The notes under the pieces were generated by a model. That model did no database searches and was not told where the DNA came from. It saw nothing but the letters and a program-made list of their open reading frames with translations. The position numbers were made by a program, and so were the translations under genes. Source: Clostridia bacterium (lineage in GTDB: Bacteria; Bacillota; Clostridia; TANB77; CAG-465). From it: a DNA stretch of 64,000 nucleotides. Numbering within the stretch: the stretch's first letter is position 1; every line of letters begins with the position of its first letter. Location: NCBI GenBank assembly GCA_045538335.1, contig JAZSRF010000045.1, positions 5,708-69,707 on the forward strand, read 5' to 3'. Below, in pieces: positions 51,014 through 61,147 of the stretch.

Positions 51014-51365
51014 AATGTATTATCCTTTGTATAACAACCCATTTTATTACCCTAACGGCGCATATATGCAAAATATGTGCTATTTTGGGCATGTTCAGGA
51101 TATAAACACTAATACACCTAACATACACGCTACACAAAATTTTAATAACGAAGATAACTTTATAAGAAGCGAAAACTACGATACAAACAGTATATTAAAC
51201 AATGATTTGTTTTCCTTAAACGGAGACAGATTAGAAGTATTCGGGATAAGCATAAACATTGACGACTTAATAATACTAATAATGCTTTTCTTTATGTTTA
51301 GAGAAAAGCAAATAGATTATAGCATAATCATAATTCTCGCTCTTATACTATTTGACCAAAATTAA
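51006..51365 (+). CDS. hypothetical Tyr/Asn-rich protein with C-terminal TM segment
   Basis: 119 aa, overlaps the upstream gene by 8 nt; C-terminal LIILIMLFFMF...IIIILALILF. Confidence 0.35.
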   Translation: MIKMYYPLYNNPFYYPNGAYMQNMCYFGHVQDINTNTPNIHATQNFNNEDNFIRSENYDTNSILNNDLFSLNGDRLEVFGISINIDDLIILIMLFFMFREKQIDYSIIIILALILFDQN

Positions 51366-51366
51366 A

Positions 51367-51519
51367 TTAAGCTATTAAATTGGTAGTTGATATACTTTCA
51401 TAATATTCTACTAATAGTTTGTCTATCTCTTTACTTGTTGTAAGTATCTCCTCATAAGACTTGTTTTCTAGAATTTGTGTTTCTAGTTTCTCTCTTAACA
51501 CATTTATTTGTTCTAACAT
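51367..51519 (-). CDS. Spo0E-like small sporulation regulatory phosphatase (~48-50 aa; not in ORF track)
   Basis: MLEQINVLREKLETQILENKSYEEILTTSKEIDKLLVEYY contains the Spo0E-family S-x-E-[IL]-D-K-L-[IL] motif. The 3' end coordinate is approximate. Confidence 0.4.
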   Translation of the reverse strand: MLEQINVLREKLETQILENKSYEEILTTSKEIDKLLVEYYESISTTNLIA

Positions 51520-51806
51520 GTTAATCACATCCCTTATGATTTATTTATAACATTTTTGTACAAGCATGTCAATATTTTTTCACCAACAATCGACCGCAAG
51601 TTTCGCTATTTTTCGACATTTTTTAATATGTTAGTAGTCATAAAACAAATATGTGACTTTTTGTCAACTATTTACAAACCAACGTTCTAATAGTATAATA
51701 TTTCTATATTTCTAATTGCATTTATGATGTTTTTCATTAATTTTCGACATAAAATTTTAGTTTGACATTTATTAAAATATTATTATACTAATTTTTAGAA
51801 AGGAAA

Positions 51807-52049
51807 GTGATTAAAATGGGATATTCACAAACAAAGAAGCTAAAATTACCAAACATTGTTGTAAACAAAGAAGAATTAAATAATGTTACCGTTATTGAAC
51901 CTATTAACTTTATATCTAAAAAGGAAAACGAAAAAATAATTGAAAGTCTTAAACAAAGTATCATAGACTTTAAAAATCCAGATAAATGGATGACATGGGA
52001 AGAGTCAAACAAAATTCTTATGGAGAAATATTTTAGTGGGAACTTATAA
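51807..52049 (+). CDS. putative antitoxin of a RelE/ParE-type TA pair
   Basis: 80 aa, overlaps downstream toxin gene by 14 nt. Confidence 0.4.
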   Translation: MIKMGYSQTKKLKLPNIVVNKEELNNVTVIEPINFISKKENEKIIESLKQSIIDFKNPDKWMTWEESNKILMEKYFSGNL

Positions 52050-52350
52050 TATTATAATCAACAAGACTGCTCACGCTGATATCGACAACATATATAATTA
52101 TTGTTGTAATATTAGTGTTGAATATGCTTTTAAAGTTAAAACCAACATAATAGTTGCTATAAATTCTATCTTATACTTCCCTTATGCTTCTCCTATTTAT
52201 ATTATATTTCAAAATATTGTTTTCCGAAAGAAAATAGTTGATAAGCGATATTTAATTATTTTTTCAATATTTGAAGATTCAATTATTATTCACAGAATAT
52301 ATGACGGGCGTAGAAACATTAATCCTGCCAGTTTATTCAATACAAATTAA
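52036..52350 (+). CDS. RelE/ParE-family toxin
   Basis: C-terminal YLIIFSIFEDSIIIHRIYDGRRNIN matches the RelE/ParE Y-x-[IL]-x-Y...h-[IL]-x-R-[IV]-x-H-x-R motif; 104 aa. Confidence 0.5.
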   Translation: MGTYNIIINKTAHADIDNIYNYCCNISVEYAFKVKTNIIVAINSILYFPYASPIYIIFQNIVFRKKIVDKRYLIIFSIFEDSIIIHRIYDGRRNINPASLFNTN

Positions 52351-52563
52351 TTTTTTATCTAAAACATTCAAACTTATTAAATATAAATCCACCTATAATT
52401 ATATTAATTTTACCATTAATCCAAAATTTAGTATCAATTTTTATTCTCAAATATATTTACTTTTACATTAACCTTGACGTATTGTAAGCAATTCAAATAT
52501 AACATTTATATGTTAATATTAGAACAAAGTTCCACTATTTTCACAAATAGCAGAACTTTTTAA

Positions 52564-53853
52564 TTAATTTTTCTCAACAACTTTAGAAATAACCATATTA
52601 TTTTCTCTTAAATATTGTTTTATAAAATATTCTATATCTTGTTTTGTTATGCTGTCTAATGCTGTCACTTCTTCATATACTGGTGTATTTTGTATTATAC
52701 TATCTATAATTTGTCTATGAATATGCATCAAATCTTCTGTTTGATGTATTTGCTCACCTTGTTTTTGTTTTTTTACAATATTAAATAGTTGTTCATCAAC
52801 ACCCTTTTCTTTAAGCTCAGCAATATATGATTTTACCTTACTAATACATTCATTATAATTCTTTGACGTAGCAAATATCATAGTATGTGCAAAGTCTGCA
52901 CCACATTCATAGCTAATTTGCATTGGTTCGTTTATAATACCCTCATTGTACATTTCCTCATAAAAGTCAGACATTGTAGAAAAACACATTTCATTTAATA
53001 TATCTACGATTACTGTGTTTTTTATATTTGTTTTTCCATCTTGTTTTTTATGCTTAAATCCAATACATATATATGGCATATATACATCTAATTTTTTCTC
53101 TATTGTCTCTATTGCTATCTCAACTGGTTCAACAGGACAAAATCTTTCTACCTCTTTAGAAGTTCTTGAAGTTTTTGTCATCTCATCATTTATCTTGTTT
53201 ATTGTATAATCCACATCTACATCACCTATTACAATAACAAACATATTTGCTGGATTATAGAAAGTGTTGTAACAAGAATAAAGTGCTTGTTTATCTACCC
53301 TATTTACAGATTCAACTGTTCCTGCAATATCTACTTTTAAAGGATGCTCCTTATACATTGCTCTCAATGTATTATAATAACAAACAGCATTTGCATCATC
53401 GTCATACATACGTATTTCTTGACCTATTATTCCTTTTTCTTTTTCAACATTTTCATCTGTAAAATATGGTGTATTTACAAAATCTAATAACTTTTCTAAA
53501 CACTCTTCATATTTACTACTTGTTTCAAAGAAATATACTGTATGATCAAAAGACGTGTATGCATTTGAACTTACTCCCATTTTTGCAAATACATCTAACG
53601 CATTATCCCCTTCTTGTTCAAATAATTTATGCTCCAAAAAGTGAGCTATTCCATCTTCTACTTTAATTCTCTGTCCTGTTGTAATATCTATAAAATCATT
53701 ATCTATAGAACCATAAATTGTGCCATACATTCCTATTTTTTTAGTAAATCCTGGTTTAGGACACACAAACACTTTAAGTCCATTTTCTAAAATTGTTTTA
53801 TATACTTTTTCACCAGTCTTTATATTTTCTTCTATATTATACACGAGCCACAC
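52564..53853 (-). CDS. M16-family zinc peptidase (active subunit, HxxEH)
   Basis: Inverted zinc motif HFLEHKLFE near N-terminus; 429 aa. Confidence 0.75.
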   Translation of the reverse strand: MWLVYNIEENIKTGEKVYKTILENGLKVFVCPKPGFTKKIGMYGTIYGSIDNDFIDITTGQRIKVEDGIAHFLEHKLFEQEGDNALDVFAKMGVSSNAYTSFDHTVYFFETSSKYEECLEKLLDFVNTPYFTDENVEKEKGIIGQEIRMYDDDANAVCYYNTLRAMYKEHPLKVDIAGTVESVNRVDKQALYSCYNTFYNPANMFVIVIGDVDVDYTINKINDEMTKTSRTSKEVERFCPVEPVEIAIETIEKKLDVYMPYICIGFKHKKQDGKTNIKNTVIVDILNEMCFSTMSDFYEEMYNEGIINEPMQISYECGADFAHTMIFATSKNYNECISKVKSYIAELKEKGVDEQLFNIVKKQKQGEQIHQTEDLMHIHRQIIDSIIQNTPVYEEVTALDSITKQDIEYFIKQYLRENNMVISKVVEKN

Positions 53854-55102
53854 CTCCTAGCAAGAAAACGTTTGTAGCTTTTACTTTTTCTGCAACCCCT
53901 ACAATATCTTTTATTGTTAATTGTTGTAGTTTTTCTATCATTTCATCTATATCTACATCTCGGCCAAAAAGCATTTCATTATTTAACATGTTACGTGTTA
54001 TTCCCATCTTAGAATCTTTAAGCTCTCTATATGCAGATATTAGACTTTGTTTTGCAGCATAAAATTCTTCATCAGAAACATCACCATTTTTTATTAGTTC
54101 TAACTGCTCTAACATTACTCTTTTAGCTTTTTCATTATTTACTGGATCAATTCCTGAAAACATGTATATAACTTGTTTCAATTTGCTATATTGTGATTTT
54201 GCAAAATATGCTAAACTTTCTTTCTCTCTTACATTTTGAAACAATTTAGATGCAGGCGTTCCACCAAGTATTGCATTATATAATGTAAGTGCATAAGTAT
54301 CTTCTGGAGCAACATTTTGTACTTTTAACCCAATGCATAACACGCTTTGATTTATATCTTGATTTTCAGCACGTTCTTTTGTTCCTTCACAAACAGTTTC
54401 CATGTCCTTTGTATTCTGAACAACATGTTTTCCACATTGTTCACATATATCTTTTTGTATTTCCTGTGGAAAATTCTCCATGCCTGTCAAATTACCCACA
54501 GCAGTAACTACTATTTCAGCTGTATCTATAACATAATCATAATGCTTAATTAAATCCTCATTTGTAATTTTTTCTACCATCTCAATATTTCCTAACGAAG
54601 ATGTCTCATATTCTGTACCCTTGAACATATCTTGTCTTAAACATTCTAAGGCGTATTTTTTCTTGTCGTCTCTTTCTTCAGCTATTCTTTCTAAAAGAGT
54701 AGCTTTTTCCCTTTCAAATATGTCTTGGTCAAATTTTCCATCTATAATATTAGGTCTACATATTATAGCACAAAGTATTTGCTTTGCTTTTTCAATGTCT
54801 TCTTTAGACATATATTTTCCATTTAATAGTTCCATACATATTTGTATGTTATATATATTGTCTAACTTCTCAACATTCATATCTATTGTTGTATCATAAA
54901 GTCCAGCCAAAGCTCTTTCTAATTCTTTTTCAGTTTTATACAATTCATTGCTTTTCTTAAGCACCATAGCAAGAAGAGCATTCTTGCCAGTCATTGTTGC
55001 CTTAAGCGGCAACAACATATTAACTGTTACAAAAACACTCTTAAATCTATCACCATTTTTAATAATAATATCTCTCATTTTTACTCCTTTACATTTTGGC
55101 AA
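53837..55102 (-). CDS. M16-family peptidase-like protein (non-catalytic partner)
   Basis: M16 fold, no HxxEH; overlaps partner gene by 17 nt. Confidence 0.6.
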   Translation of the reverse strand: MPKCKGVKMRDIIIKNGDRFKSVFVTVNMLLPLKATMTGKNALLAMVLKKSNELYKTEKELERALAGLYDTTIDMNVEKLDNIYNIQICMELLNGKYMSKEDIEKAKQILCAIICRPNIIDGKFDQDIFEREKATLLERIAEERDDKKKYALECLRQDMFKGTEYETSSLGNIEMVEKITNEDLIKHYDYVIDTAEIVVTAVGNLTGMENFPQEIQKDICEQCGKHVVQNTKDMETVCEGTKERAENQDINQSVLCIGLKVQNVAPEDTYALTLYNAILGGTPASKLFQNVREKESLAYFAKSQYSKLKQVIYMFSGIDPVNNEKAKRVMLEQLELIKNGDVSDEEFYAAKQSLISAYRELKDSKMGITRNMLNNEMLFGRDVDIDEMIEKLQQLTIKDIVGVAEKVKATNVFLLGGVARV

Positions 55103-55538
55103 GTTCAGCTTTAACTATATCTGATACTAATTTGCCATCTGCTTTTCCTGCTGTTTTTTCACGAAGGGCTCCCATTACTTTTCCCATGTCTTTCATTCCT
55201 GTTGCACCAACCTCACTTATTGTAGCATTTACTAATTCTACTACTTGTGCTTCGCTTAATTGTTCAGGTAAATAATTAGATAAAATTTCTATCTCTTTAT
55301 TTGTCTGTTCAACTAAATCTTGTCTTCCACCTTTTTCAAAGTCTGCGATTGATTCTTTTCTCTTTTTAACTTCTTTTGCAACTATTGCTTGCATTTCATT
55401 TTCAGAAAGTTCTTTTTGTCCATCCTTTTCTACTTGTAATATTGCTGCTCTAAGCATTGTTATTGTATCTTTTTTTAATGTATCTTTATTTTGCATTGCT
55501 TCCTTTAAAGCTGCCATTAAATCTTGTTTTATTCCCAT
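55089..55538 (-). CDS. yqeY: GatB/YqeY-domain protein
   Basis: Colinear with YqeY (ITMLRAAILQVEKD ... DMGKVMGAL). Confidence 0.8.
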   Translation of the reverse strand: MGIKQDLMAALKEAMQNKDTLKKDTITMLRAAILQVEKDGQKELSENEMQAIVAKEVKKRKESIADFEKGGRQDLVEQTNKEIEILSNYLPEQLSEAQVVELVNATISEVGATGMKDMGKVMGALREKTAGKADGKLVSDIVKAELAKM

Positions 55539-55541
55539 AAT

Positions 55542-56642
55542 CTATTCCTCCTTTTTATTCTCACCAGTTTCTTCTGGTATCATAGTGTTTCTTTTTAATT
55601 TCAAATCATTATATACATAACCTATTACCCATATTATTATAGCTAAAATTATGCAAAGTATTCCTTGTTTTGTCATTCCTGTAACTAAAGTTACTGCTGT
55701 TATACCTAATATACTTGTTAAACCATAAAGTATTAATACTGCTTGCTTTTGTGAAAATCCGTGTTTTAACAATCTATGATGTATATGTCCTTTATCTGGA
55801 GCAGTTAGTTTTTGATGTTTTGCAAGTCTTCTAACAATTGCAAATATCATATCAAAAACTGGCACTCCACATACAATAAGTGGTGCTACAATAGCCAAAA
55901 TTGTATAACCTTTAGCCATTCCCATTATTGAAACAGTTGCTAAAGTATATCCTAAAAAGTTTGAACCTGTATCCCCCATAAATGTTTTTGCTGGATTAAA
56001 ATTGTATGGTAGAAAACCTATAGTTGCTCCAACCAAAGCTATAGTTATAATTAACGCCTCCATAGGAGCCCCTACTATTGCAAATATTATTAATAAAGAT
56101 ATACTAGCTATAGAAGATATACCTGCAGCCAATCCATCTAAACCATCAATTAAATTTACTGCATTTGTAATTCCTAACACCCAAGCTAATGTTATTGGAA
56201 ATGCCCAAATACCAAAATCTATCATCTGTGGATATATAAATGGTATTTTTACTCCTACAATACTTATTCCAAATACGTATATTACCATACCCGCTATTAG
56301 TTGCAATAAAAATTTATATAATGGTTTTAGATTTTTCAAGTCATCTACAAATCCCATTGTAATTATTACAACCGCTCCTAACACATAACCTATAAGTCTA
56401 TTATCTATGTTTATATCAATAAAAAATGATAATATATAAAATAACAATACTGAAAGCATAACTCCTGCAACCATTGCTATGCCACCAACTCTAGGTGTTG
56501 GCGCTTTATGCACTCTTCTATCATCTTGCTTTGGATTATCTATTATTCCTAATTTATAAGCCAATCTTATTGCCCAAGGTACTGTTACAAAGCTTACTAT
56601 AAACGAAAATAGTAATACTCCCCCATATATTAAATATTCCAT
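55542..56642 (-). CDS. tagO: undecaprenyl-phosphate N-acetylhexosamine 1-phosphate transferase (MraY/WecA/TagO family)
   Basis: NAVNLIDGLDGLAAG motif, 10-11 TM helices, 366 aa. Confidence 0.75.
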   Translation of the reverse strand: MEYLIYGGVLLFSFIVSFVTVPWAIRLAYKLGIIDNPKQDDRRVHKAPTPRVGGIAMVAGVMLSVLLFYILSFFIDINIDNRLIGYVLGAVVIITMGFVDDLKNLKPLYKFLLQLIAGMVIYVFGISIVGVKIPFIYPQMIDFGIWAFPITLAWVLGITNAVNLIDGLDGLAAGISSIASISLLIIFAIVGAPMEALIITIALVGATIGFLPYNFNPAKTFMGDTGSNFLGYTLATVSIMGMAKGYTILAIVAPLIVCGVPVFDMIFAIVRRLAKHQKLTAPDKGHIHHRLLKHGFSQKQAVLILYGLTSILGITAVTLVTGMTKQGILCIILAIIIWVIGYVYNDLKLKRNTMIPEETGENKKEE

Positions 56643-56653
56643 ATTATTCTCCC

Positions 56654-57115
56654 CTATAATTCCTTTTTAATAAATCCTTCTACACTATCTACTATTTCTT
56701 TTGCACATTTTTCATATACATCTAAACTATATCCCCAAGGGTCATCTATTTCTTTATATTTTTTATCTTTTGCATACTCACCCAATAATTTTACTCTGTC
56801 TGCAAGTTTTGGATATCTTGCTATAACATCTCTTTTATGTCTTTCTGTCATAACTAATATATGTGTTGCTTGCTCTAGATTGGCTTTATCTAATGTTGTT
56901 GCTGTATGAGAAGATATATTTGCACCATACTTTTCTATTGCTCGTTTTGCATTTATTGGTGATTCTTCTCCCTGCATTGCATATATTCCAGCTGAATTTA
57001 CAACAATTTCAGCTTCTTTTCCCATTTCTTTTATTCTATACTTTAGGTATCCTTCCGCCATTGCACTTCTACAAATATTTCCTGTGCATATAAATGTAAC
57101 ATGTATCAAAAACAA
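56654..57115 (-). CDS. low-molecular-weight protein-tyrosine phosphatase
   Basis: CX5R P-loop CTGNICRS and DP motif. Confidence 0.8.
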   Translation of the reverse strand: MFLIHVTFICTGNICRSAMAEGYLKYRIKEMGKEAEIVVNSAGIYAMQGEESPINAKRAIEKYGANISSHTATTLDKANLEQATHILVMTERHKRDVIARYPKLADRVKLLGEYAKDKKYKEIDDPWGYSLDVYEKCAKEIVDSVEGFIKKEL

Positions 57116-57312
57116 TCACTCTCTTTTTTCGACATAATATTATCACAACGTGCTTACAAAGTCAATAAATTCACACATTATAGCACAATTGTTACTAAAA
57201 TAGTTTTTCCTATATTTATTAATTATATACCATTTTAAAATTAAAACTATTTGCTGTTGAAAACAGAAGTTTTGTATTATATAATATTAGTTAAATTTAA
57301 GGGGGCTTTATT

Positions 57313-58896
57313 TTGGCTATAAAAAAACAAACTTTTATGAAAAGTGTAGCAGTCGTCATGGGTGCTCAACTTTTAATAAAACTTATGGGATTTATATATA
57401 GGGTAATCCTTACAAATATAGAAGGGTTCCAAGATGCAGGAAATAGCTATTATGGTACTGGTTATAAGGTATATGTATTTATATTAGCTATTGCAACAAC
57501 AGGTGTTCCTAACGCAATTTCTAAACTGGTAGCAGAGAAAATGGCAGTAGGGGACCACAAAGGTGCTCACAAAATATTCAAAACTGCAACTCAAATATTC
57601 ACATTAGTTGGCTTATTCTTTGCTGCCGTATTATTCTTTGGAGCAGATTTTATATCTATACACTTATTGTCCAATCCAGGTGTGGCTGGAACTTTGGCAA
57701 CGCTTGCACCAGCAGTATTATTTGTTTCAATAGCATCTGTATTTAGAGGTTATTTTATTGGAATGCAAAATGTATCTGCTCATAGTGTAGCACAAATAAT
57801 AGAACAAATTGTAAATAGCATATGTTCTGTAGTATTTGTACTTATGCTTATGGGAAAATCTCCTGAAATAATGGCGATGGGTTCAACTGCAGCTACAGCA
57901 GCATCTACATTAGTTGCTTTAGTATATTTATATATGTTCTATCAAAAGAACAAATCAAGCATACACGAAAACATTCGTAATGCAACACCTCACATTGTAG
58001 AAAGTACAAAAGTAACAGTAAAAAGAATTATAAAATACGTAGTTCCTATCTCATTTGCAAGTATAGTAGTTTCGCTTTCTGGCCTTGTAGATATTTTATC
58101 TGTTATGGAAGGCCTTCAAAATTACGGTTATTCTATAGAGAAAGCAAATGAAATATACGGTATCATTGTGGGTAAAGTAGATATATTGGTTTCAATTCCA
58201 CATACATTTAACGTGGCAATTGTTACTCCACTTATACCAATGATTACAGAGTTTATGGTTAAGAAAGATTATAAAGGAGCTCAAGATAGAATAAACTTTT
58301 CTATGAAACTCTCTTCTATAATAGCTCTACCTTGCACTATAGGATTAGTTATTTTAGCAGAACCCGTATTTCAAGCTATATTTCCAAATGCGCCCCAAGG
58401 TTCAATGTTGCTTCAAATAGAAGCATGGGCAATTATATTCTCATTACTTGCACAAGTTGCTCAGGGAGCATTAAATGGTATTGGAAAGCTCGTAGTTCCT
58501 GGAATTTCTGTGGTTATAGCAGCTGTCATTAAATATATACTAAATGTAACTCTTATTCCTATCTATGGTGAGATTATTGTTCCTATTACAACTATAGTTT
58601 ATCACTTAGTTAACTGCTTAATAGTTACAACTGTTCTTTACAAAGCACTAAAGAGTAAACGAGATATTAAAAATGTCATTGTAAAACCTTTATTTGCTGC
58701 AATAGCAATGGGAATTGCAGTATATTTCACATATAAAGGATTGGGTTTAATAATTTCAAGCAACGTACTAAATATGGGAATAAGTATAATAATTGGTGCG
58801 TTAGTATATTTCATATTATTACTAATACAAAAAACATTAACCAAAGAAGAACAAAAATCTATTCCTGTACTTAATAAAGTATTTAGCCGATTTTAA
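57313..58896 (+). CDS. SpoVB/polysaccharide-biosynthesis (MOP flippase) family protein
   Basis: ~14-TM MOP-superfamily topology, N-terminal VMGAQLLIKLMGFIYRVILTN; 527 aa. Confidence 0.6.
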   Translation: MAIKKQTFMKSVAVVMGAQLLIKLMGFIYRVILTNIEGFQDAGNSYYGTGYKVYVFILAIATTGVPNAISKLVAEKMAVGDHKGAHKIFKTATQIFTLVGLFFAAVLFFGADFISIHLLSNPGVAGTLATLAPAVLFVSIASVFRGYFIGMQNVSAHSVAQIIEQIVNSICSVVFVLMLMGKSPEIMAMGSTAATAASTLVALVYLYMFYQKNKSSIHENIRNATPHIVESTKVTVKRIIKYVVPISFASIVVSLSGLVDILSVMEGLQNYGYSIEKANEIYGIIVGKVDILVSIPHTFNVAIVTPLIPMITEFMVKKDYKGAQDRINFSMKLSSIIALPCTIGLVILAEPVFQAIFPNAPQGSMLLQIEAWAIIFSLLAQVAQGALNGIGKLVVPGISVVIAAVIKYILNVTLIPIYGEIIVPITTIVYHLVNCLIVTTVLYKALKSKRDIKNVIVKPLFAAIAMGIAVYFTYKGLGLIISSNVLNMGISIIIGALVYFILLLIQKTLTKEEQKSIPVLNKVFSRF

Positions 58897-58902
58897 AACA
58901 TA

Positions 58903-58934
58903 AAAGAAGCACCATTTGGTGCTTCTTTTATGTA
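58903..58934. terminator. terminator hairpin CATAAAAGAAGCACCA-TTT-GGTGCTTCTTTTATG
   Basis: 15-bp stem between convergent genes; core AAGAAGCACCATTTGGTGCTTCTT repeated at 59350..59385. Confidence 0.6.
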
Positions 58935-58944
58935 TGAAACCATA

Positions 58945-59211
58945 TTATTTTAAGAATCTTGCAACTATTTCTCTTCTAAATAAGCCCTGTTCATCAACAG
59001 AAATGGTTCCATTTATGTTGTTCTGTTGTTTTACCTCTTCAAGCATTTCAACGCAGGCTTCAACAGCAACTCGTTGAACTTCAAATTTTACCTCAAATAT
59101 ATGTCTCCCCTCTTTTAAGGCAAGTGCAGAAAAAACGCTATCTGCTGTTACCTGTTTAAGTGTCTCCAAATCCCGAATAAGCTCTGCAACCTCGCTAACA
59201 ACTTTTCTCAT
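58945..59211 (-). CDS. small hypothetical protein (88 aa from ATG 59211), paralog of 59399..59665
   Basis: RBS AGGAGGT; MRKVVSEVAELIRDLETLKQV... aligns with MVELIKEVASIVRDLETLRLI.... Confidence 0.45.
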   Translation of the reverse strand: MRKVVSEVAELIRDLETLKQVTADSVFSALALKEGRHIFEVKFEVQRVAVEACVEMLEEVKQQNNINGTISVDEQGLFRREIVARFLK

Positions 59212-59349
59212 TTTTACCTCCTGTTTTTTAGGGCATTTATGCCCGAAATTATTCGAGAACATTTTATGTTCTAACAAATACCATTATACCACGTCTTCTT
59301 TTTTATGTCAAGTTTAGCTTGTCGAAAGTTTTATTGGGTGTGATTTAAT

Positions 59350-59385
59350 AGAAAGAAGCACCATTTGGTGCTTCTTTCTATTAAA
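59350..59385. terminator. terminator hairpin, second copy (18-bp stem TTAATAGAAAGAAGCACCA/TGGTGCTTCTTTCTATTAA)
   Basis: Same 24-nt core as the hairpin at 58903..58934. Confidence 0.6.
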
Positions 59386-59398
59386 TCACATTGCATGT

Positions 59399-59665
59399 TC
59401 ATTTATTACGAAATTCGAATTCTATATATTTACCTCTACTCGAGTCAAAAATTACTGGACTTGCTACATATCCTTTTTCTCTAACCGATTCAAACATAGC
59501 ATCGCATAAAGCAATATTTTCAGGAGTAGTTCTAAATCCCACTCTAAAAATACGCTCCCCTTTTTCGTCCCATTTCTTAATGGTATTTACAAGGCCTGGT
59601 TCTATTAACCTCAAAGTCTCTAAATCCCGAACAATAGACGCAACCTCTTTTATAAGTTCAACCAT
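59399..59665 (-). CDS. small hypothetical protein (88 aa), paralog of 58945..59211
   Basis: RBS GAAAGGAGAAA; shared (I/V)RDLETL(K/R) N-terminal helix. Confidence 0.45.
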   Translation of the reverse strand: MVELIKEVASIVRDLETLRLIEPGLVNTIKKWDEKGERIFRVGFRTTPENIALCDAMFESVREKGYVASPVIFDSSRGKYIEFEFRNK

Positions 59666-59815
59666 ATTTTTCTCCTTTCAAATTATTAATAAGTTTATTT
59701 ATTTTTTACGTATCTATTATACTATCCTTGTCAAGCGAGGTCATTAAAATTACGTTGTACATCTTGTATCTAAATACATATTTGAGTATAATATAGGCAT
59801 AAGTGAGGTAACAAT

Positions 59816-61147
59816 ATGAAAGTTATAGCAATATTATTAGGAAAAATGGCTGTGTTAGCAGGGAAAATATTAGGTAGAGGTAGCTCTTTACCTGGTGAAG
59901 TAGCGTTAAAAGCAGATAAAAATTTACTTAAAAAATTCAAACTACCAAATACTATTATAGCAGTTACTGGTTCTTCTGGAAAAGGAAGTACTTCTAGCAT
60001 AATAGCACATGTTTATAGGAAAATGGGATATAAAGTAGTACATAATGCATCCGGAGCAAATCTAACTGCAGGTATTACAACTATGCTTTTAGAAAATTGT
60101 AATATGTTTGGAAAAGTTAATGGGGATATACTTGTTTACGAAATGGATGAAAGATATGCTAAATTTGTCTTTAATGACGTGAAACCATCTCACATTGTTA
60201 TTACAAACATTACTCGTGACCAACCACCCCGTCAAGGACATTTCGACATGGTATATAATGAAGTTAAAAAAGCTTTACCAAAAGGTGCAACATTAGTACT
60301 TAATGGTGACGACCCATATCTTATGAAATTCAATTTAGATAACGAGTATAATACTGTATATTACACATTAGATAAAACTGAATGGTCATATGAAAATAAT
60401 AAATTTAAAAACTTAAATCTTATTTATTGCCCTAAGTGTAATCAAAAGTTAGAATACGAATATTATCACTTTGAAAGTACTGGTAAATTTAATTGTCCTA
60501 AATGTGACTTTTCACATCCAAAATCTAAATATCACATAACAAATTTAGATTACACGAATTTTGAAATGACAGTAAACAATGGTTTAAAACTAAAGTTACA
60601 ATACGACTTATTATATAGTGTATATAACACAATGGCAGCTTTTACAGTATGTTCAGAGTTAGGATTGGATAATGATCAAGTTGCATCATATATTAATGAG
60701 CTTAATCAAAATAACAAAATGTATAATCACTATGAATATAACAATAAAGATGTATATGTTTTAAACAATAAAAATGAGAATAGTACTACATTTAATCAAT
60801 CACTACTTTTTACAGAACGATTTAAAGGAAGTAAAACAATAGTTATTGGTTGGAAAGAAATAAGTAGAAGATATAATTTTGATGATTTGTCTTGGCTTTA
60901 TGATATAGATTTTGAAATATTAGCTAATATAGACGTAGATAAGGTTATTTGTACAGGACCACACGCTTATGACATAGCTACACGTATAAAATTGGCTGGC
61001 ATTAACAATATAGAAATTTACAATAATATTCCTGAGGCTAAAGATGCAATATTAAACACAGATTCAAAATATATATTTGGTATTTTAAACTTTGACTATG
61101 TTGCTCCATTTAAAGCAATATTTGAATCTAAGGAGGGCTCAAAATGA
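59816..61147 (+). CDS. murT: lipid II isoglutaminyl synthase, Mur-ligase subunit MurT
   Basis: Mur-ligase P-loop IAVTGSSGKGST; C4 zinc ribbon CPKCNQ...CPKCDF; C-terminal DUF1727-type domain. Confidence 0.75.
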   Translation: MKVIAILLGKMAVLAGKILGRGSSLPGEVALKADKNLLKKFKLPNTIIAVTGSSGKGSTSSIIAHVYRKMGYKVVHNASGANLTAGITTMLLENCNMFGKVNGDILVYEMDERYAKFVFNDVKPSHIVITNITRDQPPRQGHFDMVYNEVKKALPKGATLVLNGDDPYLMKFNLDNEYNTVYYTLDKTEWSYENNKFKNLNLIYCPKCNQKLEYEYYHFESTGKFNCPKCDFSHPKSKYHITNLDYTNFEMTVNNGLKLKLQYDLLYSVYNTMAAFTVCSELGLDNDQVASYINELNQNNKMYNHYEYNNKDVYVLNNKNENSTTFNQSLLFTERFKGSKTIVIGWKEISRRYNFDDLSWLYDIDFEILANIDVDKVICTGPHAYDIATRIKLAGINNIEIYNNIPEAKDAILNTDSKYIFGILNFDYVAPFKAIFESKEGSK

